From NCBI GenBank assembly GCA_965203095.1, contig OZ241877.1, forward strand, positions 352,001-416,000: 64,000 nucleotides of DNA, written 5' to 3'. Below the pieces are notes generated by a model. It did not search any database and had not been told where the DNA came from. It saw only the letters and a program-made list of their open reading frames with translations. Source of the stretch: Bdellovibrionales bacterium (lineage in GTDB: Bacteria; Bdellovibrionota; Bdellovibrionia; Bdellovibrionales; UBA1609). Below, piece by piece: positions 9,757-19,677 of this stretch. A program made the position numbers and the translations under genes. Position 1 is the first letter of the stretch; each line of letters opens with the position of its first letter.

Positions 9757-9877
9757 CAAAAAATAAGGAAACAAGCTGGATTTTAACATGTTGCACAGTA
9801 AAATTCGCCATTTTAGTCCTTGATTTTTTAAGGATTTGTGTATCTCTTTGAAGGAGGATACATCACAATGAGAACCA
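9757..9877 (+). repeat. Dispersed repeat A, copy 3
   Basis: Shares the core and the ATCACAATGAGAACCA tail with copy 1. Confidence 0.85.
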
Positions 9878-9956
9878 GAATCGTTCAATAACCTAAAGCT
9901 TTTTTATATAAAAATGTTGGAAAAAAGCCAGCTTAAGTCACCATGAACCTACTATA

Positions 9957-10091
9957 TCACAGTGTGAAGTCTGTTTGTTATTTAAAAAAGGAAAAATTCC
10001 AACTCCCAGAGGGGCTAGGAATATAAAGCAATTAATAAAAAGTAAAAGAAGTAAAACACACAGCAGAAAACCAGAAGAGGCTAGAAAAAGA
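9957..10091 (+). pseudogene. Duplicated fragment of the MT-A70 methyltransferase gene
   Basis: Near-identical to 4820-4954 (SQCEVCLLFKKGKIP.PRGARNIKQLIKSKRSKTHSRKPEEARKR). Confidence 0.9.
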
Positions 10092-10111
10092 TATGAATAC
10101 GAAAAGCGGAC

Positions 10112-10609
10112 TGAACTGTCTCTTCTCTCAGGTCCAAATTTGCAGGACGCCTTTTAAGGCTTTTGAAATAACCAGAGGGACTAACACCAATAGCTTGACA
10201 AGCTCTTTTAACAGCTAGATATTTTGGCTTATGTTTAAAGATAAATTTGTGTTTCATTTTGCATTTTCCTTTGAAAAAAAAGCCGTGGCTTTTTTTAAAA
10301 ACTCCACTACGGCCTTTTCCTCAGCCAAAGCTTTTTTGAGCCTTTTGACTTCCATTTGAAGACGAAAAACATCTTGTGACTTTTCAACGGGGAAGTTCTT
10401 TTTCGCTTTCCACCGATGAAGACTATTCACATGAATGCCTAATTTTTCGGATGCCGGACCTGCTCCTATCTTCTCCGCTAATTTAACAGCATCAGCCTTA
10501 AAATCCGGGGCAAACCGTCTCCTCCTTATCGTTTTTTTCATCATTCCTCCTTTTTAAAGTTAGTGTTAAATCACACCTTAAAAAGAGTCCACTTTTTTCC
10601 CTCAGTCCA
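10112..10609 (-). mobile_element. Internally deleted IS3-family element
   Basis: Ends TGAACTG.../...CAGTCCA; GAC direct repeat at 10109-10111 and 10610-10612; contains orfA and a short frameshifted orfB stub (SCQAIGVSPSGYFKSLKRRP). Confidence 0.8.
10254..10544 (-). CDS. IS3-family transposase OrfA (HTH)
   Basis: RRRFAPDFKADAVKL...LGIHVNSLHRWK...LKKATAFF. Confidence 0.9.
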   Translation of the reverse strand: MMKKTIRRRRFAPDFKADAVKLAEKIGAGPASEKLGIHVNSLHRWKAKKNFPVEKSQDVFRLQMEVKRLKKALAEEKAVVEFLKKATAFFSKENAK

Positions 10610-10657
10610 GACTGTTTAAGGTTTTGTTGCGAGAAAAACAGGTCCTTTTACAGAGGA

Positions 10658-11953
10658 TTAAAATAAGTTTTTTGAGTTAATAGTTTGCGATCGGGAAGGG
10701 CCCACAGAGATCCAATCTATGGGAATATTCAACTCTTTGCTGATAAAATGAATGTAATCTTTAACAGCTGAGGGGAGATTTTTTTGAGTTCGGATCTGGC
10801 TCAAATCCTCCCTCCAACCTTTAAAAGTTTTGTAAATGGGCTGAGCTTTTTCAAAATCCGAAGGGGAAGAGAGAAGAGACTTTGTTTTCCCCTCCTTTGT
10901 TTGATAGGCCACACAAATTTTTATTTCCTTTAAGCCCGTCAAAACATCTAACTTCATTAAGGCCAAACTTTTTGCAGAATTTAAACGAAGGGCATACCTT
11001 AAGGCCGGTAGATCCAGCCAACCACAGCGTCTTTTTCGCCCTGTGGTGGCTCCAAACTCTTTGCCTTTTGTTAACAAATGAGAGCCTGCCGGTTCTTTTT
11101 TACACTCTGTGGGGAGGGGGCCTGATCCCACACGAGTCACATAAGCTTTGGCCACAGCAATTGTTTTTTTGAAATGATGAAGGCCCAATCCAGAATAAGC
11201 CAAAGCCCCGCCAGACAGAGTGGAGGAACTAGTCACATAAGGATAAGTCCCATAAAACAGATCCAGCAGAGCACCTTGTGCCCCTTCAAATAAAATTTTT
11301 TTATTTTTTTGAAGGGCTGTCCACAGCAAGGAGGGCATATTCCCACAACGATAGGGCCTTAAAATATTTTGGCAGTTTTTGATCTTTTCAAAAGTTTTTT
11401 CTATGGGAGGGGGCGTTTGGCCATAATGGGATAAAAGAGCATAAACTTCCTGAGCCTCACTTTTTAATTTTTTGAGTAGAACGGAATCCTTTTCAAACAG
11501 ATCGGCAAAAAGCAAAGCTTTGCGAGCGGAGCGTCTTTCATAAGCCGGACCCACCCCCCGGCCAGTGGTTCCAATTTTAGAAGGCCCCGCCTCAGCCTCA
11601 CGAGCTTGATCCAACTGCTTATGATGATCTAAAAGCAGAGTGGCGGATTGAGAGATCAGCAACTGGCTGTCTTGCTGTAGTTTGCCCATTTTTTTTAAAT
11701 TTTGGATCTCCTCACAAAGGGCTGAAATATCTAAAGCGATCCCGCCGGAAATAAGGCATTGAACATGAGGATGCAAAATAGCTGAAGGAATCAGATGAAC
11801 CACTATCTTTTTCCCCTCAACATTGAGGCTGTGCCCCGCATTAGCTCCGCCCTGGTAGCGAACAGCAAAATCCATTTCTGAGGACAGGATATCTACCAGT
11901 TTTCCCTTCCCCTCATCTCCCCATTGAGAACCCACCACAATTAGAGCTGGCAC
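10658..11953 (-). CDS. purA: Adenylosuccinate synthetase
   Basis: QWGDEGKGK, GGANAGH and EFGATTGRKRRCGWLD motifs. Confidence 0.97.
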   Translation of the reverse strand: MPALIVVGSQWGDEGKGKLVDILSSEMDFAVRYQGGANAGHSLNVEGKKIVVHLIPSAILHPHVQCLISGGIALDISALCEEIQNLKKMGKLQQDSQLLISQSATLLLDHHKQLDQAREAEAGPSKIGTTGRGVGPAYERRSARKALLFADLFEKDSVLLKKLKSEAQEVYALLSHYGQTPPPIEKTFEKIKNCQNILRPYRCGNMPSLLWTALQKNKKILFEGAQGALLDLFYGTYPYVTSSSTLSGGALAYSGLGLHHFKKTIAVAKAYVTRVGSGPLPTECKKEPAGSHLLTKGKEFGATTGRKRRCGWLDLPALRYALRLNSAKSLALMKLDVLTGLKEIKICVAYQTKEGKTKSLLSSPSDFEKAQPIYKTFKGWREDLSQIRTQKNLPSAVKDYIHFISKELNIPIDWISVGPSRSQTINSKNLF

Positions 11954-12052
11954 GTTTTCTCCTTTATAGGAAGGCCAAAGTATCTTGCCTCCATCTGGTT
12001 GGGCTTTGGCTTGTGCAATTTATTAAATATAGGCTTGTTCATAAGCTCAGTG

Positions 12053-13663
12053 TTATCCTTTACCACAAGTTTCTATAAAGTTCACAAACAGAGGATGAGG
12101 TGCTGTGGGCTTAGATTGGAACTCAGGATGAAATTGCACTCCAATAAACCAAGGGTGAGATGGTATTTCTAAAATTTCCACCAGCTCCTTGTTGTTTTGG
12201 CTATGCCCGGCAATTCTCATCCCCTCTTGTTCAAACTGTTCCGCAAATTTAAAATTGAACTCATAGCGATGGCGATGCCGCTCCTCCACCAGATCTTTGT
12301 TGTAAATTTTTCTGCTTTTTGAGCCTTTGATGAGAGCACAGCTGTAAGCTCCTAATCGCATATTTCCCCCTTTGTAGGATAGAGATTTTTGATTGGGCAT
12401 GTAATCTATCACAAAGTCTGCTGGTTCTTTTATAAAATCAAACTCGCGACTCACCGCGTTTTTGAGTTGGCAAACATTTCTTGCAAACTCTACAACAGCC
12501 ATTTGCATACCCAAACAGATACCAAAAAAAGGAATAGAGTTTTCCCGGCAATATTGAATGGCTTTGAGTTTGCCATCAATACCCCGATCTCCAAAACCAC
12601 CGGGGACCAAAATGCCAGACATGGATTTTAATTCTGAAAAAGAAAGCTTTTTTTCAGAATCAACATGCTGAACATTCACTTTGAACTGGCTGGACAATCC
12701 TCCATGAGTTAGAGCTTCATGTATGGATTGGTAGCTGTCTTTTAAATGGACATATTTACCAACTAATCCTACAGTGATTTCTTTTTTAGGGTGTTTGATT
12801 TTTTTTACAAGATTTTTCCAGTGGGAGAGTTTTGCAGAAGAGGCTTTTAAGCTCATTTTTTGAATAAGTTTTTCATCCAGTTTTTCCTTGTTTAAAAAAA
12901 GAGGAATTTCATAAATACTTTGGGCGTCTTGAACGGGAATTACATTTTCCACAGGCAAGCTGGAGAAGAGGGCCAGTTTTTCCTTCAGCTCTTCGTTTAG
13001 GCTCTCTGCACTTCGGCAAATTAAGAAATCAGGTTGAAGCCCAACCTCTCTTAAAGATTTTACAGAGTGCTGGCTGGGTTTGCTTTTAAATTCTCCAGCT
13101 GAAGGGATAAAAGGAATAAAAGTGACATGGGCAAAAATGGTGCTTGCTGGGCCTTTTTCAATTCGTATTTGCCGAATGGCCTCAATAAAAGGGAGCCCCT
13201 CAATATCCCCCACAGTCCCGCCAATTTCAACTACAGTGATTTGAGCATTTTGAGAGCCTTTAAAGATCCGTTTTTTTATCTCGTTTGTGATATGGGGAAT
13301 CACTTGCACTGTGCGTCCTAAGTAGTCCCCTCGTCGTTCTTTGTCTATAACTGTTTGATAAACTTGCCCAGCAGTAATGCTGTGGTTTTTGCTGAGGGCC
13401 AGATTGGTGAATCTTTCATAATGTCCTAAGTCCAAATCCGTTTCCGCCCCATCACTTGTCACATAAACTTCCCCGTGTTGAAAAGGAGAGAGAGTTCCCG
13501 GATCCACATTGATATAAGGGTCACATTTTACAATGCTGACCTTAAAGCCCCTGGCCTCTAATAAAGTGGCTAAACTGGCAGATACTAAGCCCTTCCCCAC
13601 TGAAGACACCACTCCACCTGTGACAAAAATGAATTTTTCAGATGAATTTTTGGCTAAAGCCAT
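12053..13663 (-). CDS. pyrG: CTP synthase
   Basis: FVTGGVVSSVGKG, GICLGMQ, ERHRHRYE and QFHPEF motifs; start could be slightly upstream. Confidence 0.97.
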   Translation of the reverse strand: MALAKNSSEKFIFVTGGVVSSVGKGLVSASLATLLEARGFKVSIVKCDPYINVDPGTLSPFQHGEVYVTSDGAETDLDLGHYERFTNLALSKNHSITAGQVYQTVIDKERRGDYLGRTVQVIPHITNEIKKRIFKGSQNAQITVVEIGGTVGDIEGLPFIEAIRQIRIEKGPASTIFAHVTFIPFIPSAGEFKSKPSQHSVKSLREVGLQPDFLICRSAESLNEELKEKLALFSSLPVENVIPVQDAQSIYEIPLFLNKEKLDEKLIQKMSLKASSAKLSHWKNLVKKIKHPKKEITVGLVGKYVHLKDSYQSIHEALTHGGLSSQFKVNVQHVDSEKKLSFSELKSMSGILVPGGFGDRGIDGKLKAIQYCRENSIPFFGICLGMQMAVVEFARNVCQLKNAVSREFDFIKEPADFVIDYMPNQKSLSYKGGNMRLGAYSCALIKGSKSRKIYNKDLVEERHRHRYEFNFKFAEQFEQEGMRIAGHSQNNKELVEILEIPSHPWFIGVQFHPEFQSKPTAPHPLFVNFIETCGKG

Positions 13664-13678
13664 TAGAGATTCCAAAAA

Positions 13679-15340
13679 TTAAAAAGCTTGAAAAAAAGCC
13701 AGTGTGAAATCATAGTTTCGTTTGTTTTGTTTATCTAAACCGGTCCCTATATCTAAACGGAGTTTTATGTCATAATTGGGGGGAATGCCCAACCGGAGGC
13801 CCGCCCCATAATCCACCACAAAACCTTTGAAAGAATCCCCATAGCCAAAAAGACTGAGCAAGCGAAACAGATTGTCAGAAGAAAAACCCTTAAAGGAATC
13901 CTTATATTTTACCACTTCGCCCAACTCTAAAAACAGAACTCCAGAAAGATATTTTTCCCATAAGGGGAGGCGAATTTCCGATTGAGCAAAATACATTTTA
14001 TCACCGCGGAAACGATTGTGTTTAAAACCTCTTAAAGTTTTTAAGTCTTTTTGAAAGGGGTTGTCCCCACTGAGGCTGTAGCCCAAGGAGTAAGAGGCAG
14101 GAGATAAAAAGGAAGAACCAGCAAAAGCCCTTAAGGCCCAAACAGAGTTTTTAAAAATGTTCGGCCAGCTCATAGCCTTAAACAAAGACAGATAAAATCG
14201 TAAATCCACATCCCCACGGCAGTAAGAGGAAAGGGGCCGGCAACCTAAGGATAACCGGTGAAATGAACCGGATTGAGGGGACTTCCAGTTGTCCCGGCTG
14301 TCATAACCTGCAAAGGCTCTTAAAAAAACGAAAAGCTCATCTTCAAAGTGTTTTTCCTCGTTTTGTTTTTTGTGCTCTTTTCTAAAAAAAAGCCGTGCCC
14401 CTAAACCACCGTAAAAGTTCTGGTTATCTGCCTGGTAAGAGAAATTATAATCCACCATAAAACGTTGAGCAACCAGCTTTATGACATTGGAAAACTCAGT
14501 CTCCATCCCTTCACCAAAGTAGTTTTCGTAGTGATTGTCGTAAATGGCCATAGCTTCTGATCGGAAAACTTTTTTGCGATGGCCGATATAGAGCATTCTC
14601 CATCTGTAATAAGGGCCGGATAGGTATTTAGAGCCTTCTGCAGAAAAATAAAAGCCTTTTTTAGATGAAGAATAAGACGAAAACCTCAAGCCCAAAAGGG
14701 AACCTTGGCTTTTATTATAAAAATAAAGGGGGATGAGGGCGATTTTGTAAGGGGTCTTTTTTTTCTGAAAAAACCAGGAGACATTTTCCAGCCAGTTGTC
14801 AAAAAAAGATTCTGATTCATCTGTTTGTGGGGCAAAATTTTCCGATGGGTTCTGCTTTGCTGTCTTATCATCTTCTTCTTCATTTACAGGCATTATAGTG
14901 GAACTTGCGGGGCTGATCTCAGTTGTAGAACTGGTTGTGGAGCTTGCAGGGCTGGCCTCAGTTGTAGAACTGGTTGTGGGACCTACAGGGCTGATTTCCG
15001 TTGAACTGGTTTTTGCAGAGCTTGCAGGGCTGGTTGTGGAGCTTACAGGGCTGGCCTCAGTTGTAGAACTGGTTGTGGGACCTACAGGGCTGATTTCCGT
15101 TGAACTGGTTTTTGCAGAGCTTGTAGGGCTGGTTGTGGAACTTGCAGGGCTGGGTTCAGTTTTAGAACTGGTCTTTGAGATGGCTTTTTGAGATTGTGTT
15201 TTTTCTACCGGAGGTAAGGGCGACTGAGGAGAGGGCAAGACTTTTTCTTCATTAGTGGGGACTGTGGCTTTATTTTCGGCAAAAGCCCAAGAAGATCCCA
15301 TTAGGGAACAGAAAATAAAAATTTTTAACCAATAAGACAT
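13679..15340 (-). CDS. Omp85/BamA-TamA family outer-membrane protein with Ser/Thr-rich N-terminal repeats
   Basis: Signal peptide, YDSRDN..SP.SG, LRGF loop-6 motif, C-terminal Phe. Confidence 0.8.
   Translation of the reverse strand: MSYWLKIFIFCSLMGSSWAFAENKATVPTNEEKVLPSPQSPLPPVEKTQSQKAISKTSSKTEPSPASSTTSPTSSAKTSSTEISPVGPTTSSTTEASPVSSTTSPASSAKTSSTEISPVGPTTSSTTEASPASSTTSSTTEISPASSTIMPVNEEEDDKTAKQNPSENFAPQTDESESFFDNWLENVSWFFQKKKTPYKIALIPLYFYNKSQGSLLGLRFSSYSSSKKGFYFSAEGSKYLSGPYYRWRMLYIGHRKKVFRSEAMAIYDNHYENYFGEGMETEFSNVIKLVAQRFMVDYNFSYQADNQNFYGGLGARLFFRKEHKKQNEEKHFEDELFVFLRAFAGYDSRDNWKSPQSGSFHRLSLGCRPLSSYCRGDVDLRFYLSLFKAMSWPNIFKNSVWALRAFAGSSFLSPASYSLGYSLSGDNPFQKDLKTLRGFKHNRFRGDKMYFAQSEIRLPLWEKYLSGVLFLELGEVVKYKDSFKGFSSDNLFRLLSLFGYGDSFKGFVVDYGAGLRLGIPPNYDIKLRLDIGTGLDKQNKRNYDFTLAFFQAF
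14899..15170. repeat. Coding tandem repeat, 99-bp period with shorter subunits
   Basis: CTGGTTGTGGAGCTT... recurs at 14931 and 15030; encodes SSAKTSSTEISPVGPTTSSTTEASP.SSTT twice. Confidence 0.9.
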
Positions 15341-15487
15341 CAAGAATAGAAGAAACACAAAAAAAGTTATTTTGTCACTATTTTTTTATAAAATTTATAC
15401 TGTTAGCCTAAAAAGTATGAAAAATAACACCTAAACCAGTGTCCATTTTTACACTTTGTCTTATCATTAAGTCAACTGTTTAAAAAA

Positions 15488-16348
15488 CTAAATCGATACT
15501 GAGGACATATTAGAAAGGCAGGCCAAGTGCAGGCCATTTTTAAGCAGTCCGGCGATAGTCATTGGCCCCACACCGCCGGGAACAGGACTTAAGGCAAAAA
15601 GATGGCCATCCAAGCCCTCCCTCCGGACATCCCCATAAAGTTTTTGACCTTCCCTATAAATACCCACATCCACAACCACCCCTCCTTTTTTTAAGTCCTC
15701 TTTGCCCAAAAGCCCTTTTTTACCAGTGCAAAGCACAACAATATCTGCTGTTCGTGAAAGAGCGGGCAAGTCTCTCGTTTGGGAGTGTGCCACCGTCACT
15801 GTCGCTTGATGAGAGAGCAACTGCTGAAACAAAGGCAAACCCACAATCTGACTTCGCCCCACAACAAGTGCCTTTTGCCCTTTTATAGGAATATCATAGT
15901 GCTTAAGTAAATCCATTATCCCTTGAACTGTGCAGGGGATCACTCTGGGCTGGCCGGACCAAAAAAGGGCTTTGTTCTCCAAAGTCAAACCGTCAACATC
16001 CTTTTTGGGATCTATCCAGGACAAAATTTCTTTTTCATTAAAATCAGGAGGAAGAGGCAGTTGAATTAAAATGCCATGGATATTTTTATCATTATTTAAC
16101 TGCTCTACATGTTTTTTTAAATCCATTTTAGAAATGCTTTGAGGGCATTTTTTTAAAACAGAATAAAAACCCACTTGCTGGCAGGCTCTTATTTTATTTT
16201 TGACATAGATGGCACTGGCCGGATCATCCCCAAGTAAAATCACAGCCAAACCGGGAGGCCGAGATTGTTTCTTCTTAAACTCCTCCACTTCTATTGAGAT
16301 TTTTTGCAAGATCTCTTGGCTAAGTTTTTTTCCGTCTAAAAGTTTCAT
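15488..16348 (-). CDS. folD: Methylenetetrahydrofolate dehydrogenase/cyclohydrolase
   Basis: QLPLP, KDVDG, GRSQIVG.P and PVPGGVGPMT motifs. Confidence 0.97.
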   Translation of the reverse strand: MKLLDGKKLSQEILQKISIEVEEFKKKQSRPPGLAVILLGDDPASAIYVKNKIRACQQVGFYSVLKKCPQSISKMDLKKHVEQLNNDKNIHGILIQLPLPPDFNEKEILSWIDPKKDVDGLTLENKALFWSGQPRVIPCTVQGIMDLLKHYDIPIKGQKALVVGRSQIVGLPLFQQLLSHQATVTVAHSQTRDLPALSRTADIVVLCTGKKGLLGKEDLKKGGVVVDVGIYREGQKLYGDVRREGLDGHLFALSPVPGGVGPMTIAGLLKNGLHLACLSNMSSVSI

Positions 16349-16368
16349 ATTGGTTTTTCTGGAAAATT

Positions 16369-17739
16369 TTATTTACCGGCAATCATGAGATTCTCTATAA
16401 GTATTGAGGGAGCCTTAACAATCCCATTGTAAATCTGGCTGTCATTTCCTATTTTTAAAATGTTAGAAAAAACTTTTTTTATGTTTCCGGAAACTGTGAA
16501 TTGGCAAAGGGGCCGGGCCTCGCCCTTTTCCCATAAAAAACCTTCTGATTCTATGGAAAAGTCTCCTGATGTCTCATTATAACCAGCAAAGCCTTTCAAC
16601 CAATCCACAACCAACACTTTGGGAAACTCCCCCACTAACTCCTTAAAAGAACTTTGCCCTTCTGGCAAAACAAGATTCGTTGGTGAAACCGAAAGCTCTG
16701 CCTTCCTCCAAACAGCTTTTTTGGTGTGAGAACTTTTTAAAGCCTTAGCGTAAAAAGAGTTGGTGAGATAATTTTCTAAAGTCCCTTTTAGCACTAAAGG
16801 GGTTTTTTCCACAGCAAAACCCTCTCCATCAAAGGGCATGGATCGGGCACCCCAAAGGGCCAAAGGATCATCGTAAAGCGAAAAGTTTTTGGAAAAAACA
16901 TTTCCCTTTAAAGCCGATTTCAAAATGGATAAATTTTCAAAAACTCTTTGCCCACTCATAAGATCGGCCAACCTTAGCAAAAGAGGAGCCACCGCTGGCC
17001 CGGCCTGAAACACAACAGGAAGAGGGCCGGTTTGAGGGATAGAGTAATTTAATTTTTTTAAAGCTTTGCTTGCCGCTTCCAATCCTACTTTTTTAAAATC
17101 AATGCTTTTATAATTTTTGCCATTACATTCGGACAGCCCCTGGGCCCGGTTTTGCCCATCAACAGCTAAAGAAAAACAGTAAGCATAAACTTGATTCGTT
17201 TTATAAAAACCGTTTTGACCTTGGCTGTTGGCAAAAAAGTTATAAGATCCCCCATCGATAAGAGATGAATATATAGGCTGAGCTTTTTTATCAAAACTCC
17301 AGCAGGCGGAGTTCATCTCTTTGGCTTTTTTTATTTTGCTCTCTATAGGGATGTTTTTAAATTCTTCATCATAAAAGGCAGAAAAGTTTTTATAGATTTG
17401 GTTAAAGCTGAGATCTCCTCGCTCTTTTTTGTCTGAAAATTTGAGGCTGTCTAAAGCCTGCCGGTAACAGTCCTCTATCCCCTGTAGAGAAAAATCCTTG
17501 GTGTAAGAAGCCCCTGTTTTTTCCCCTTGCAAAATGCGAAGATTCAAATGCTGAGTTTCAGAATATGAAAAATTTTTTAATTCCTTTTTTTGAAATAAAA
17601 TTTTTGTTATCCCTTCGCAAAAGCCCTGAAAATCAAACTCCACAGAATCTTTTTTGGCCAAAATTTGCAGGCGATCGCAAAATTGATGAATATGTTTTCT
17701 TTTTATAAAAAGGTTTTGATCAAGAGGCTTTTGTTGCAT
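16369..17739 (-). CDS. pmbA: TldE/PmbA family protein
   Basis: PFDGEG and SGDFS motifs; no HExxxH; adjacent to tldD. Confidence 0.88.
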   Translation of the reverse strand: MQQKPLDQNLFIKRKHIHQFCDRLQILAKKDSVEFDFQGFCEGITKILFQKKELKNFSYSETQHLNLRILQGEKTGASYTKDFSLQGIEDCYRQALDSLKFSDKKERGDLSFNQIYKNFSAFYDEEFKNIPIESKIKKAKEMNSACWSFDKKAQPIYSSLIDGGSYNFFANSQGQNGFYKTNQVYAYCFSLAVDGQNRAQGLSECNGKNYKSIDFKKVGLEAASKALKKLNYSIPQTGPLPVVFQAGPAVAPLLLRLADLMSGQRVFENLSILKSALKGNVFSKNFSLYDDPLALWGARSMPFDGEGFAVEKTPLVLKGTLENYLTNSFYAKALKSSHTKKAVWRKAELSVSPTNLVLPEGQSSFKELVGEFPKVLVVDWLKGFAGYNETSGDFSIESEGFLWEKGEARPLCQFTVSGNIKKVFSNILKIGNDSQIYNGIVKAPSILIENLMIAGK

Positions 17740-19108
17740 TTTCCCCTCCCACTGTCAGTTCTGAAACCAAAATAGGAGGTTGGCCCACAGTCACCGGAAC
17801 TAAACCACTAATAGATCCACAGTGGCCTGGTGCCAATTCCAAGTCTTTTCCCACTTTTGTAATTTTAGATAAGGTGTCTAAACCGTTGCCAATAAGGCTG
17901 GCCCCTTTAACCGCTTTGTCTAACCGGCCATTTTTGATCAGTCTTCCCGATGTCACAGAAAAGTTATAATTTCCTGTTCCCGGTGTCACAGATCCTCCTC
18001 CTAATGTTTCAGCAAATAGGCCATACTCTATGTCCTTAATCATTTCCTCTAAGGAAGAGTTTCCGGGAGCAATATAAGTGTTCCTCATTCGGGAAGTGGG
18101 GGGGAATTTATAACTTTCCCTTCGGGAACTGCCTGTCATTTTGTAAGATGTTTTTTGAGAACCCATTTTATCCACCATGAAGTTTTTTAAAACGCCTTTT
18201 TCAATCAAACAGGTTTTTTGGGTTTTATGGCCTTCATCATCCCTAAGGCTGGATCCGTATTCCCCGGAAAGAGTGCCGTCATCGTAAGCTGTAAGACAAG
18301 GCTTTCCCACTTTTTGTCCTAATTTGTCGGCAAAGATGGAAAAATTTTCCGCAACGGCAGTGGTCTCCATACCATGCCCACAAGCCTCGTGAAAGATCAC
18401 TCCGCCAAAACCTTTGTTAATAATTACGGGGAATCGCCCTGCCGGTGCCTGCTCAGCCTGAAGGTTTTGCAAAGCTTTTTTGCAGGATATTTGTCCGGCT
18501 TTTTGCAGAAGGGCTTCATCCATAAACTCGAGATCTCCTGTTTGCCCAACAACCTGAAGGCCCTCTGCTTTTTGGTTATTTCCCTCTGCAAAAGCTGAGG
18601 ACCTGAATCTAAAAAAAGGACGAACTTCCCAAGACAAAAGCCCTTCAGAGTTGGCTACCTGAACTTTTTTGCAAGTTCTAACTAAAGTGAACTGACATTG
18701 GGAGATTGAGGAGCTTTCTGCTCTTAAGTTTTTATCTAATTTTTGTAAAAAAATCTTTTCTTTTTTTAGTGGCACATAAGGTTTTAGGGAAGGCTCTTGA
18801 CAAAAGGGAGATGAAAAAGCCTTTGCCTGAGAAAAGTTTTTTGAAGGGTTTTGGCTAAGCAGAAGAGCTTTTAGGGCCTTAAGTAAACTTTTCTCATCCA
18901 AGGAATTAGTATAAGTGTAAAGCTCCTTATTCCCATAAAAAAGGCGAAGGCCCGCACCGGTATCTTTACCGCTAATGTAGGCTACAGAAGAGGATTTCAT
19001 ATCCATTTTGTGGGAAAGAGTCTCCTCTGCATAAATTTCGCAAAAGCTGGCCCCTTGAGAAAGACCAAAATGAATCACATTGGATAAAACACTTTCCGGT
19101 ATGAGCAT
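17720..19108 (-). CDS. tldD: TldD metalloprotease
   Basis: HEACGH, DDEG and RMRNT motifs; ATG 19108 has an AGGAGG RBS. Confidence 0.92.
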   Translation of the reverse strand: MLIPESVLSNVIHFGLSQGASFCEIYAEETLSHKMDMKSSSVAYISGKDTGAGLRLFYGNKELYTYTNSLDEKSLLKALKALLLSQNPSKNFSQAKAFSSPFCQEPSLKPYVPLKKEKIFLQKLDKNLRAESSSISQCQFTLVRTCKKVQVANSEGLLSWEVRPFFRFRSSAFAEGNNQKAEGLQVVGQTGDLEFMDEALLQKAGQISCKKALQNLQAEQAPAGRFPVIINKGFGGVIFHEACGHGMETTAVAENFSIFADKLGQKVGKPCLTAYDDGTLSGEYGSSLRDDEGHKTQKTCLIEKGVLKNFMVDKMGSQKTSYKMTGSSRRESYKFPPTSRMRNTYIAPGNSSLEEMIKDIEYGLFAETLGGGSVTPGTGNYNFSVTSGRLIKNGRLDKAVKGASLIGNGLDTLSKITKVGKDLELAPGHCGSISGLVPVTVGQPPILVSELTVGGENATKAS

Positions 19109-19164
19109 AAATTCCTCCTTAACTCTATCTGACCTTATGCTTAGGCTTTGAGATAAAACAAAAC

Positions 19165-19416
19165 TCAAGTGCTTATGTCTGCTCCAATAACCTGTAGAAG
19201 CTGCAACCAATATCTAAAAAAAATACAGTTAGGGCCAGAGGATCGGGGTGGTTCACAATCGATATTTATAAACCTGATGAAAACCATTGCCATTGCCGCT
19301 GAGACCACCAAAAGCAGAACATACTCTATAATCACCTGCCCTTTTTTATTATAGGCTCTATGGGCTAAGGGCCATTGGGAAAATCCATTTGAGATTTTTA
19401 AAAAAAAAGCCCGCAT
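19165..19416 (-). CDS. Small pilin-like protein (Flp/class III signal peptide)
   Basis: KKGQVIIEYVLLLVV prepilin cleavage motif followed by a hydrophobic helix. Confidence 0.7.
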   Translation of the reverse strand: MRAFFLKISNGFSQWPLAHRAYNKKGQVIIEYVLLLVVSAAMAMVFIRFINIDCEPPRSSGPNCIFFRYWLQLLQVIGADIST

Positions 19417-19560
19417 TTTATGCCCTAAAAGCTCTATTCCTTTAAAAAAAATCTTTAGTGCCCCCTCCATCCTTTTTATACTCTACTACTGGTTTTTTTG
19501 AAAAGTCAATACCCTCTTTTATGAAAAGCCTTGCAATTTATGACATGCCAAAAAATCTCA

Positions 19561-19641
19561 GTCCTTCCCACGAAAACGGGAATCCAGCAATCCACAAAGC
19601 CTTAATACTACTGGATTCTTGATCCCGAAACAATGCGGAAT
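19561..19641. repeat. dRS3/REP-like palindromic repeat, degenerate inverted doublet
   Basis: GTCCTTCCCACGAAAACGGGAATCCAG followed by CTGGATTC...GCGGAAT. Confidence 0.65.
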
Positions 19642-19677
19642 TTAGGAACACAAACAGAAAGGCAAACTCAAAACCTC

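Noticed and set aside
14796..15191. 131-aa VVEL-repeat ORF on the plus strand
   Set aside because: Antisense shadow of the Ser/Thr repeat in the Omp85 gene.
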